A stretch of DNA of 64,000 nucleotides from the NCBI GenBank assembly GCA_965116875.1, contig OZ220733.1, positions 4,064,001 to 4,128,000 of the forward strand, given 5' to 3'. Each line of letters opens with the position of its first letter. Position 1 is the stretch's first letter. Shown here piece after piece: positions 19,360-27,557 of this stretch. Both the position numbers and the translations under genes were made by a program. Under the pieces are notes generated by a model, which had not been told where the DNA came from, ran no database searches, and was given only the letters and a program-made list of their open reading frames with translations. This DNA is from Candidatus Latescibacterota bacterium (lineage in GTDB: Bacteria; Latescibacterota; UBA2968; GCA-2709665).

Positions 19360-19626
19360 ATGGTCGAACCGCCGGAGGACCATACACAAAGCAGCGCACA
19401 ACTCGGCGGCAAACCCGAGGGGCGAATCCAGCGGTATTTCTGTATGGACGACGAAAAATACCACGCACTCGCAAGGGTTTCCAAAGACGCGACGGTATTG
19501 CGCCAAATCCCCATGCGGATTCGGGTCATGGGCAAGGACGTGGACGGATGGGTTGTTGAGGTCAGGGTACCCGCAACGGATGGCGTGGTACGTGTGGACC
19601 CGCTCGAAGGCGCGGACAAGATCTGA
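19360..19626 (+). CDS. Hypothetical protein (88 aa)
   Basis: Fills the gap between nadD and zapA on the same strand; no motif recognised. Confidence 0.5.
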   Translation: MVEPPEDHTQSSAQLGGKPEGRIQRYFCMDDEKYHALARVSKDATVLRQIPMRIRVMGKDVDGWVVEVRVPATDGVVRVDPLEGADKI

Positions 19627-19665
19627 CTTCGGCGCCGACGCGACGCGGACAGTTGAGGAGGGAGG

Positions 19666-19995
19666 ATGTTACTGACCGACGGCCTTAACCGTGGTGAGAC
19701 GACATTTGTAACGATCTATGGGCGTCAATACCCCGTCCAGAGCCGGGAGTCGGCTGAGTATACCCACCGGGTTGCTGAACTGGTCGATCGCCGGATGAAG
19801 GAGATCGCTTCTCAGCAGAAACTGGCTGAACCCACGAAAATAGCCATAATTGCGGCATTGGATATCGCCGACAGGCTGCTGAAGGTTCGCAAGGGACGGG
19901 AAGCGGCGGGACGGCAGGCCGAGCAGGTGGCCGCGCGGCTGACAATGATGCTGGACGATGAAGATGGTCGCGCGTCGCAGTCCGCAAGTGACTGA
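19666..19995 (+). CDS. zapA: Cell division protein ZapA
   Basis: VTIYGRQYPV, VAELVDRRMKEI, KIAIIAALDIAD; strong GGAGG RBS. Confidence 0.9.
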   Translation: MLLTDGLNRGETTFVTIYGRQYPVQSRESAEYTHRVAELVDRRMKEIASQQKLAEPTKIAIIAALDIADRLLKVRKGREAAGRQAEQVAARLTMMLDDEDGRASQSASD

Positions 19996-20040
19996 TCGCG
20001 GGGACCCGCGGTGGAATCGAACGGGCAGGGCGACGGCGAT

Positions 20041-20763
20041 TCAATGCGGCGCGAAAGACGTGGGCCGAGGCGGTTTCCGGAGTCTGTATTTGAAGATCGT
20101 GTAAAGAATCTTCCAGCCGGCGCGAATCGTGCCGCTGATGGTTCCGGTGATCTTGGAGACGCCGATTCGGCGTCGATAACTCACCGGCGCCTCGAGGAAC
20201 CGCAATTTCATCCTGACGGCCTTTACCTGCATCTCCACGGTCCAGCCAAACGTCTTGTCCTGCATTTCAAGCCGTAACAGCGAAGGATAGGTTATTGCGC
20301 GGAAGGGTCCGAGATCGGTGAAACGGGCGCCAAACAGGCGGCGGATGAGCCACGTGGCCAGCCAGTTGCCGAAGCGGGCCTGGGGAAGCAGCGCGCCGGC
20401 CTCCCGGTTGCCGAGTATGCGCGAGCCGATCACAAGGTCCGCGCGGCCCTCAACGATCGGCTTCACCAGAAGCGTCATTTCATTGGGGTAGTCACTGTAA
20501 TCACCGTCCAGGAATACGACGATATCGGGTTTCTCGAGCGCGTCGATGCCCGCGAGGCAGGCCCAGCCGTATCCCCTTCGATGTTCGTGAACAATCCGGG
20601 CGCCCATCCGCCTGGCCAGTTCGACCGTCCGGTCCGTGGAGCCGTTGTCCACAACCACCACGTCGGCGTTGAGGTGACCCGGAATATCAGACAGTACGTT
20701 CTGAATGGCTTCCTGCTCGTTGAAAACCGGAATGACCACGGAGATCCTGGGTGAGGCGCGCAT
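20041..20763 (-). CDS. Glycosyltransferase family 2 (DPM-synthase-like)
   Basis: SVVIPVFNE, VVVDNGSTDRT, RRGYG.AC, FLDGDYSD, DLVIGSR, TDLGPFRAI, GWTVEMQ. Confidence 0.92.
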   Translation of the reverse strand: MRASPRISVVIPVFNEQEAIQNVLSDIPGHLNADVVVVDNGSTDRTVELARRMGARIVHEHRRGYGWACLAGIDALEKPDIVVFLDGDYSDYPNEMTLLVKPIVEGRADLVIGSRILGNREAGALLPQARFGNWLATWLIRRLFGARFTDLGPFRAITYPSLLRLEMQDKTFGWTVEMQVKAVRMKLRFLEAPVSYRRRIGVSKITGTISGTIRAGWKILYTIFKYRLRKPPRPTSFAPH

Positions 20764-20781
20764 GGCGTGATAGTCTGTTAA

Positions 20782-20943
20782 GAAGCTGTTTGAAAATTCC
20801 CAGCGGTCTTCGCACGGCTGCAAAAGCGCCGGTCGGCGTTGGTCAGATTCACCCGTTTAGACAAATATGGGCGGATTCTCCCGCCTTGACCGCCACTTTT
20901 TCGCTCGCGCTCGGGAACTCACCGGGTATTTTAAAACAACTTC
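20782..20943. mobile_element. 162-bp MITE-like element, copy 2 (inverted relative to copy 1)
   Basis: TIRs GAAGCTGTTTGAAAATTCCC / GGGTATTTTAAAACAACTTC; about 21 mismatches to copy 1 by hand, no gaps. Confidence 0.8.
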
Positions 20944-20964
20944 CAGGGGTGGGATGGAAGGCGT

Positions 20965-21165
20965 CTATTTTCTTTCCTGCGTTTTTCGTATCATCCGGGA
21001 CCTTCCTGAGCCGCTTCGACCTTTCAGGCGAGCGACCAGAATAAAGACGCAGAAGACGATGCCCAGGATAACACTGCCCGCAACCTTGTCCGGATGATCC
21101 GCAAACCACATTACGCCCAGCGTGATCAACAGGCAGATGCCAGCAATGAGACTTTCTCTGGTCAT
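20965..21165 (-). CDS. Small two-TM membrane protein (66 aa) with basic tail
   Basis: MTRESLIAGICLLITLGVMWFADHPDKVAGSVILGIVFCVFILVARLKGR...; AGAGAGG RBS; TTGACA-17-TAGTTT promoter at 21215-21243. Confidence 0.7.
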   Translation of the reverse strand: MTRESLIAGICLLITLGVMWFADHPDKVAGSVILGIVFCVFILVARLKGRSGSGRSRMIRKTQERK

Positions 21166-21454
21166 GGGATCAGCCTCTCTTTCGGATAGACAATCGACGG
21201 TGTGTACCTGCGGAAAACTAACGGACGGCAGGAGCGTTGTCAATTGATTCAGGCCGGAGGCGGCCTCTCGCGGGCGGTGGCGAGATGCGTTTCGTGAGCT
21301 GGATATTGCGGTCGGCGTCGCGCGGGTTGCCGCGTCGGTGCCTCGGGATCCATAGAACCGGTTTCCTTTCGCCGGGGTGCGAGCATTTGCGGCGAATGTG
21401 ATCAAGGCGCATCTGAACCTGTGCCCCCGCGGGCGCGGGTTTTTTCTTGGAACG

Positions 21455-22678
21455 TCATTGTTTCGCGGAACCGCGCGTGGGGACGTCGGGAGGCGGACGA
21501 TCCGTAAGGGTTTCCGGCACCAGAAACGCAAAGGTGCCGGCGGCGAGCAGGCCGAATCCTGCAATTGCGAAAGTTGCGGGTGAAAGGCCGACCAGATCGG
21601 CGATTCCCCCGACCACAAGTGGCGCGCCTGTATGGCCCGTTTCGCCAACCAGGCGCCAGGCCCCCAGAAACTCGCCAATGGAATCCCCGGGCGCAAGATC
21701 CGCGCCCAGCGTCATCATGGTACCGGCGCCGATGCCGTTGCCCAGTCCCAACAGCGATGTGGCGAGAAGCAGTCCCGTGAAACTGTGAGTGAAAGGTATG
21801 GCCGCCATAGCGATCGCCTGGGTCAGGAAACACGGTACCATGGCGAACTTTCTTCCATAGCGGTCCATAATGTGGCCGGCGGGATAGAAGAGAGACATAT
21901 CAACCAGCGCGGAAACGGTGATGATCCAGCCGATGGCCTGAACGTCCAGACCGATCGCGTCGGCCGCATAGAGGGGCACGACAACGTGGCGGCCGGCCCG
22001 AATGGTCTGCGCAAAGAGTTGTCCGGAACCCGCGGTGGCAAGGTCTCGAAAATGAGTTTTGAATATTTCCAGAAGGGGTCTCAGGCGTCCAGGGCGGACA
22101 TTCCCGGGGCCTGACGACGTTTCGGACGCAAAACTCAAAACCGCGATTAAAACGACAACGGACGCAAGACCCCCAAACACGAGGAACGGGGCTTCCAGAC
22201 CGTAGAATCTTCCGAGTTCGCCGGCCGCCGCCGGTCCCGCGAAGGTCCCGATGCGGTGAATGCCGCCAAAGATTGAGAGCGCCCTTCCGCGATGAAAGAC
22301 GGGGGCGGCGTCGGCAAGGTAGGCGTGACACGAAATGTGCCAGAGGGAACCGCCGACGCCGGCAACAAGACGGAGGCACACGACTTCGTAGATGTCCCGT
22401 GCCCAGAACAGCGCCAGCGTAGAGACGGCAACGCAGCTTACGCCGAGTATCATGGAGGGTTTACGGCCGAAACTTCCAAGAAGGACGCCGGCCGGCAGTG
22501 CGCCGGCCAGCCTGCCCACGCCTTCGGCCGCCAGCACCAGGCCGATGAGGCCGTAAGACGCACTGAATGTCTTCGCATACAGCGGAAGGATTGGAATAAG
22601 CATTCCGTTGCCGAACATCAGCAAAAGGCACGGAACGTATACGGGCAGGACAAGCGGGTTTCGGGCGGATATCGTCAT
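21455..22678 (-). CDS. MFS transporter
   Basis: About 12 hydrophobic segments; G.L...FGRK and GHIMDRYGRK motif A copies; TTGACA-17-TAACAT promoter at 22715-22743. Confidence 0.92.
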   Translation of the reverse strand: MTISARNPLVLPVYVPCLLLMFGNGMLIPILPLYAKTFSASYGLIGLVLAAEGVGRLAGALPAGVLLGSFGRKPSMILGVSCVAVSTLALFWARDIYEVVCLRLVAGVGGSLWHISCHAYLADAAPVFHRGRALSIFGGIHRIGTFAGPAAAGELGRFYGLEAPFLVFGGLASVVVLIAVLSFASETSSGPGNVRPGRLRPLLEIFKTHFRDLATAGSGQLFAQTIRAGRHVVVPLYAADAIGLDVQAIGWIITVSALVDMSLFYPAGHIMDRYGRKFAMVPCFLTQAIAMAAIPFTHSFTGLLLATSLLGLGNGIGAGTMMTLGADLAPGDSIGEFLGAWRLVGETGHTGAPLVVGGIADLVGLSPATFAIAGFGLLAAGTFAFLVPETLTDRPPPDVPTRGSAKQ

Positions 22679-22812
22679 TGGGAGTGAGGAGGTGTACGGA
22701 GATTGGAAGACGGTATGTTAATCAGCCGTCGTGGTTTTGTCAAGGAGCGCGTCGGATTGAACGGTCGGGGCAGTTGCACACCTTGTACATCCCGGGAAAG
22801 GCAGGTTCAACC

Positions 22813-23775
22813 ATGAAGATTGTTCTTTGTCCACCAGTGAGCGAGGCGTTGTGTGAACAGGTGCGTCGAACCGCGCCCGGGGCTGAGGTGGTGATGGCGT
22901 CGATGGGTGAAGCCCCGGAGGTGGTCGGCGACGCGGACGTGATATTCGGAATGTATACGGAGGAGATGATCCGTGCAGCCGGGAAGGTCAGGTGGATTCA
23001 GACCACAAGCGCGGGTATGGACATGTTGATGGACGTTCCGGGAGTACGGGAAGGACAGTTTCAATTGAGCAACGCCAGCGGCCTGCACGCGCTTCAGGTG
23101 GCGGAACACGCGTGGGCGCTGACGTCGGCGCTGTTCCGCGGTCTGCACGTATACATAAGGAATCAGCTTGAGTGCGAATGGAAGGGCGCGCCGATCCGGG
23201 ATCTCTGCGGGGCCACGGCGGGAATTGTCGGGTTCGGCGGAATTGGACGACGCTACGCACGGTTGGCCAGTGGTTTTGATATGCGAGTTCTTGCATTGGA
23301 CGTCCAGCAGCCGGAAATCCCCGATCACGTGGACGCATTGTGGGGGCCGGATCGGCTGGATGAGTTGCTGTCGACGTCCGACGTGGTGTTTATCGCCTGT
23401 CCGTGTACGCCGCAGACGGAGAGGTTGATCAACGCTCATGCGTTTTCCCTGATGAAGAAATCCGCATTCCTGGTCAATACGGCCAGGGGCCCGATTGTGG
23501 ACGAGGCTGCCCTGATCGTTGCGCTCAGGTCCGGTGAGATTGCGGGTGCGGGCCTGGACGTCTTTGAAACCGAGCCGTTGCCGGCCACCAGCCCGCTATG
23601 GCAGATGGAGAACGTGATCATCACGACCCACTCGGCCGGCGTCTCGAGCTACCGGCCTGCACGTACGGTTGGCTTTTTCTGCGAGAATCTGAAGAGGTTT
23701 CTGGCCGGGGAGCCCCTGTTGAACGAGACCGACCGGAATCTCGGTTACCCCACGCTGGGAAGGCGCGTCGAGTGA
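22813..23775 (+). CDS. D-2-hydroxyacid dehydrogenase
   Basis: WIQTTSAGMD, VAEHA, GIVGFGGIG, LVNTARG..VDE, GAGLDVFETEPL, ITTH. Confidence 0.93.
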   Translation: MKIVLCPPVSEALCEQVRRTAPGAEVVMASMGEAPEVVGDADVIFGMYTEEMIRAAGKVRWIQTTSAGMDMLMDVPGVREGQFQLSNASGLHALQVAEHAWALTSALFRGLHVYIRNQLECEWKGAPIRDLCGATAGIVGFGGIGRRYARLASGFDMRVLALDVQQPEIPDHVDALWGPDRLDELLSTSDVVFIACPCTPQTERLINAHAFSLMKKSAFLVNTARGPIVDEAALIVALRSGEIAGAGLDVFETEPLPATSPLWQMENVIITTHSAGVSSYRPARTVGFFCENLKRFLAGEPLLNETDRNLGYPTLGRRVE

Positions 23776-23806
23776 AGTTCTCAATCCAATCTCGGAAAGG
23801 TCTACA

Positions 23807-25138
23807 ATGGCGGAGATCAGGGCTTTTCGCGGAATCCGGTACTCGATTGACAGAATAGGCGACGTCGGAAACGTGGTTGCGCCGCCTTACGATGTGATCA
23901 ACGGGTCGATGCAGCGTGAATTGTACGACGCGCATCCCAACAACGTCGTACGGGTGATTCAGGGCATGGACTTGGCAGGGGACTCGGATCACGAGAATCG
24001 TTATACCCGTGCCGCGCGGTCATATCGACGCTGGCTGGACGACGGCGTCCTCGTTCGGGACCGCGAAGAGGGAATTTATCTCTACGCCCAGGATTTCGAC
24101 GTGGGTACTCCCGATGGACCGAAAAACAAAACGAGGCTGGGAATTGTGGCGCTGGTGCGCGCGGACGCACTGGGAGAAGGCGCGATTCTTCCTCACGAGA
24201 ATACCATGCCGGGGCCAAGGGCGGACCGGTTGGCGCTCATGCGGCACACCCGTGCGGCCTTCGGTCAGATTTTTTCGTTATACTCCGATCCCGCCGGCTG
24301 TGTGCGCGAAATCGTGGCGCCGGTTCTGGATGAGCCCCCGCTGTTCGCGTTCCGGGGAGAGGATGGCGTCGGACACCGCTTCTGGCGGGTAACCAATCAG
24401 GCAATCACAGGCGGCGTCGCCAGCGCGCTGAAAGACAAGCCGATTTTCATCGCGGACGGTCATCATCGATACGAAACAGCGGTGGTCTACCGGAACGAAC
24501 GCGCGGCGGCCGAAGGCGAGGATTGGCAGGGGAAGCCCTACGGGTATCGGATGCAGACGCTCGTGAATATGGACGACGCGGAGGGGATGGCGATCAATGC
24601 GATTCACAGGGTGGTCGCAGACCTGGGCGCGGGTGGCGTTGAAAGGCTCATCAGGGGGCTGGAGGAACTTTGTGACGTCGAACGGCTGCCTCTCACGGGT
24701 ACGCACTCCGTGTTGCGGGAGTTGAAGCGGCGCGGCGGACGCGGGAACGTCTTCGGATTCTGTCACGGAGCGTGCTCCCACGTTCACTATCTGAGTCTGA
24801 AGAGCGGCATTCCGGCGTCCGATCTGGATTGCGAAGATCACTCGGAGGCGTGGAGGGCGCTGGACACCGGCTTGCTGCATCTGATATTGCGGCGGGTGCT
24901 GGAGCTGGATGAGGAAACACTGACCCGAGGCGACAAGGTGAAGTTCATAAAGGTCGAGCGCGAGGTGCTGGACCTGGTGAAGGCGGCGCCGGACCGGGCG
25001 GGTTTCTTTCTGAATCCGGTCGGCATGCAACAGTTGCGCGACGTTGTGCTCGCCGGAGAGCGAATGCCTCCCAAATCCACGTTCTTTTATCCGAAGGTAT
25101 ATTCGGGACTGGTGATACAGGACCTGGAGTCGTTTTGA
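23807..25138 (+). CDS. DUF1015 family protein
   Basis: AFRGIRY, APPYDVI, ILPHENT, IFIADGHHRYETA, MPPKSTFFYPK. Confidence 0.92.
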   Translation: MAEIRAFRGIRYSIDRIGDVGNVVAPPYDVINGSMQRELYDAHPNNVVRVIQGMDLAGDSDHENRYTRAARSYRRWLDDGVLVRDREEGIYLYAQDFDVGTPDGPKNKTRLGIVALVRADALGEGAILPHENTMPGPRADRLALMRHTRAAFGQIFSLYSDPAGCVREIVAPVLDEPPLFAFRGEDGVGHRFWRVTNQAITGGVASALKDKPIFIADGHHRYETAVVYRNERAAAEGEDWQGKPYGYRMQTLVNMDDAEGMAINAIHRVVADLGAGGVERLIRGLEELCDVERLPLTGTHSVLRELKRRGGRGNVFGFCHGACSHVHYLSLKSGIPASDLDCEDHSEAWRALDTGLLHLILRRVLELDEETLTRGDKVKFIKVEREVLDLVKAAPDRAGFFLNPVGMQQLRDVVLAGERMPPKSTFFYPKVYSGLVIQDLESF

Positions 25139-25170
25139 CCGCTGCTTCGGGTAATCGGAGAATCTCACCG

Positions 25171-25199
25171 GAAAAAGGGGCGCCGCGCGCCCCTTTTTC
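25171..25199. terminator. Bidirectional intrinsic terminator
   Basis: GAAAAAGGGGCGC-CGC-GCGCCCCTTTTTC between convergent genes. Confidence 0.85.
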
Positions 25200-25208
25200 A
25201 ACGGGCTG

Positions 25209-26393
25209 CTAGAGTACGGGCAAGTCGCCGGGAGCGGGTTCGGAGAGGATTTCGCAGCCGGTATCGGTCACGACCACGTCCTCTTCGAGCATGAAATACG
25301 CGCCATCGGTATATAGAGAAGGTTCAACGGTCAGTACCATGCCTTGCTCCAGAAGGGTATCGTCTTCGAGTTCGATGAAGGGGGGTTCGATAATGTCGAG
25401 ACCGATGGCATGGCCGATTCCGGTGACGCGCCGCGCCTGCTCCGCATAGCCCGCCCTCCTCAGTGTTTCGTTGGAAACGCGAACCAGGTTCGATATTGGG
25501 TTGCCCGGCCGGATCGCGCCGATCGCGGCTTGAAGGCATCCGTGTACGGTCCTGTACGCGTCCTTGTGTCTCCGGTCGGCCCGGCCCAGCGCGAACATCC
25601 GCGTGTAGTCCGACCAGTATCCTCGGTACACGCCGCCGGCGTCGTGGGCGATGAGTTCGCCTTCGGTCAGCACGCGGTCTGTGTGACGGCGCAGACTTCG
25701 ATTGCTGCTGCGCGTGTCTCCCGGGATGCACGTGGCCAGCGTGATCGAACCGGGCGCGTCCATTCCCCGTTTCAGATGCTCCACGCAAAGCAGGCTGTAT
25801 AGTTCCCTTTCCGTCATACCCGGTCTGACGGTGGAAAAGAGGGTGCGATAGGCTCGATTGGTGATCCCCACTGCCTTGCGGATATAGTCAATTTCGGCTC
25901 TTGACTTGGTGAATCGGGTCTTCCAGAGAAATTGCGAGGCGTCGGTGAACCGGACGCCGGGAAGATTGGCCTTCAACCGGCCGAAGTCCTCGTAGGGCAT
26001 TCGCGACCAGAGGACGCCGCCCAGTTCGGCGCCGACGCGGGCCCCGCCAAGTCCGAGTTCGTGGATGACCTCGGTGAGAACGGAGACGCCTGCCCGAACG
26101 CGAATGGGCGGCTGATAGGTGCGCAGGTCTTCGATCCAGGCGTCCTCCTCACACATTCCCGTTTCCAGCGGCGGGACGATGAGAACCGGGTCGCGTTCGA
26201 GCGGAAGCACGGCGAACAGTGAAGTGAATTTGTGACCCCAGCGATGCGTCCAGTGCCCGGTGAAGTAGCGATGGTTCGTGTCCGTGGTAATCAGGACCGC
26301 GTCCAGGTTGTTGCGGGACATGAGATCTCTGAGTCCGGACAGACGTCTTTCATACTCGCCGGCGTCGAAATCGGCGTAATCGCTGGTCAGCAT
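25209..26393 (-). CDS. M24 family Xaa-Pro peptidase/creatinase-like hydrolase
   Basis: Creatinase N-domain; HDAGG.Y.GYWSD, GHAIGL...E.P, TVEP, LEEDVVVT metal ligands. Confidence 0.9.
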   Translation of the reverse strand: MLTSDYADFDAGEYERRLSGLRDLMSRNNLDAVLITTDTNHRYFTGHWTHRWGHKFTSLFAVLPLERDPVLIVPPLETGMCEEDAWIEDLRTYQPPIRVRAGVSVLTEVIHELGLGGARVGAELGGVLWSRMPYEDFGRLKANLPGVRFTDASQFLWKTRFTKSRAEIDYIRKAVGITNRAYRTLFSTVRPGMTERELYSLLCVEHLKRGMDAPGSITLATCIPGDTRSSNRSLRRHTDRVLTEGELIAHDAGGVYRGYWSDYTRMFALGRADRRHKDAYRTVHGCLQAAIGAIRPGNPISNLVRVSNETLRRAGYAEQARRVTGIGHAIGLDIIEPPFIELEDDTLLEQGMVLTVEPSLYTDGAYFMLEEDVVVTDTGCEILSEPAPGDLPVL

Positions 26394-26444
26394 GGCGGAG
26401 TTCCTTTTCTGCCGGAATTGAGATGAATCCCCTCGCGCCTCATA

Positions 26445-26499
26445 ACCGCCGCTCTTTCCTTCGCGCTCGGGAACTCACCGGTAATTTTAACACAGCTTC
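26445..26499. mobile_element. Truncated copy (right end) of the 162-bp MITE
   Basis: TCGCGCTCGGGAACTCACCGGTAATTTTAACACAGCTTC matches the right end of copy 2. Confidence 0.75.
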
Positions 26500-26518
26500 C
26501 AGGAATTGAGGTGACGAA

Positions 26519-27364
26519 GTGCCGCTGCAGGCCTTCATTCTGGTCTTGGTTTCCACCGTGATGCACGCTTCCTGGAACTTCGCGGTTCGGAAGGCATCGG
26601 GCAGCCTGGCAGTGTTATGGGTGGGTAAGTGGTTCGCGGTGGCCCTCTGCCTTCCCGCCGTCTGCTACTTTCCGCTCGGGTCGGACGCGGTTGCGGCGTG
26701 GCCCTTTGTCGCCGCAACGGGACTGGCCCATACAGTGTATTTTCTTATGCTGGCCAAAGCATATGAAGAGGGCGAGATTTCGGTTGTGTATCCGCTCGCC
26801 CGGGGTACCGGCGTGGGAGGGACGGCCCTGGGAGCGTGGGTTCTGATCGACGAACGGCTTTCCATTCCGGGTATGATTGGAATCGCGACCGTCCTGCTTG
26901 GAATCATTCTTCTTGGGATTGCCGATCTGCGAGCGCCGAAGAACCGCCGCTCCATTGCGTACGCACTCCTTGTTGGCGTGACGATCGCCGTCTATTCCGT
27001 CGTGGACAAGCAGGGCGTATCCCGCATTCATCCCGTTCACTACGTCTTTTCCGTTTTCCTGATCCCGGGCGTACTCCTGTCCCCTTATGTTCTCTTGCGG
27101 CACAGGCCGGCAGTCGCCCGGACGTGGCGCGGACTCAAGAAATACGCGCTTTGGGCAGGGCCCGGTTCCATGGCAACGTATCTGCTCGTACTCTTCGCCA
27201 TGCGCCTCGGCAAGGTCAGCTATATTCTCGCCGTAAGGGAGTTCTCGGTCGTCATCGGCGCCGCCCTGGGCATCTTCTTTCTGGGCGAGCGATTCGGATG
27301 GCACAAGGGCGTTGGGGTGGGCGCCATCGTGTTGGGCCTGTTGCTGGTCAAGCTGGCGGGCTGA
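26519..27364 (+). CDS. EamA/DMT family transporter
   Basis: About 10 TM segments; HASWN, AYEEGEISVVYPLARG, YSVVDK.GV, REFSVV, FLGER. Confidence 0.92.
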   Translation: MPLQAFILVLVSTVMHASWNFAVRKASGSLAVLWVGKWFAVALCLPAVCYFPLGSDAVAAWPFVAATGLAHTVYFLMLAKAYEEGEISVVYPLARGTGVGGTALGAWVLIDERLSIPGMIGIATVLLGIILLGIADLRAPKNRRSIAYALLVGVTIAVYSVVDKQGVSRIHPVHYVFSVFLIPGVLLSPYVLLRHRPAVARTWRGLKKYALWAGPGSMATYLLVLFAMRLGKVSYILAVREFSVVIGAALGIFFLGERFGWHKGVGVGAIVLGLLLVKLAG

Positions 27365-27403
27365 TGTTCCCTTCCGATGACGAAACGTCGAAATCCGCGG
27401 TTC

Positions 27404-27432
27404 AAGATAGCCGGGTGAAAGGGGGGCGTCAA
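27404..27432 (-). promoter_or_regulatory. Minus-strand sigma70-type promoter facing into the 3' end of the EamA gene
   Basis: TTGACG-17 bp-TATCTT. Confidence 0.5.
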
Positions 27433-27478
27433 GCGATTAAGCCCTCTGCGCCGATGCCGCGCGAATGGGAGATTTCGC

Positions 27479-27507
27479 TTTACAGGCCTGCGGCCGTTCC
27501 GTATCAT
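27479..27507 (+). promoter_or_regulatory. sigma70-type promoter for the GH38-like gene
   Basis: TTTACA-17 bp-TATCAT. Confidence 0.6.
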
Positions 27508-27557
27508 ACGGCGGCTGATCGTGGCGGTTTTGAAGTGTACGAATACCGATCGGAACG

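Noticed and set aside
19996-20040. 6S RNA at its usual position downstream of zapA
   Set aside because: Only ~45 bp separate zapA from the convergent GT2 gene.
21244-21454. Riboswitch in the spacer between the MFS gene and the small membrane protein
   Set aside because: Several GC hairpins but no known aptamer consensus, and the apparent promoter lies downstream of them.
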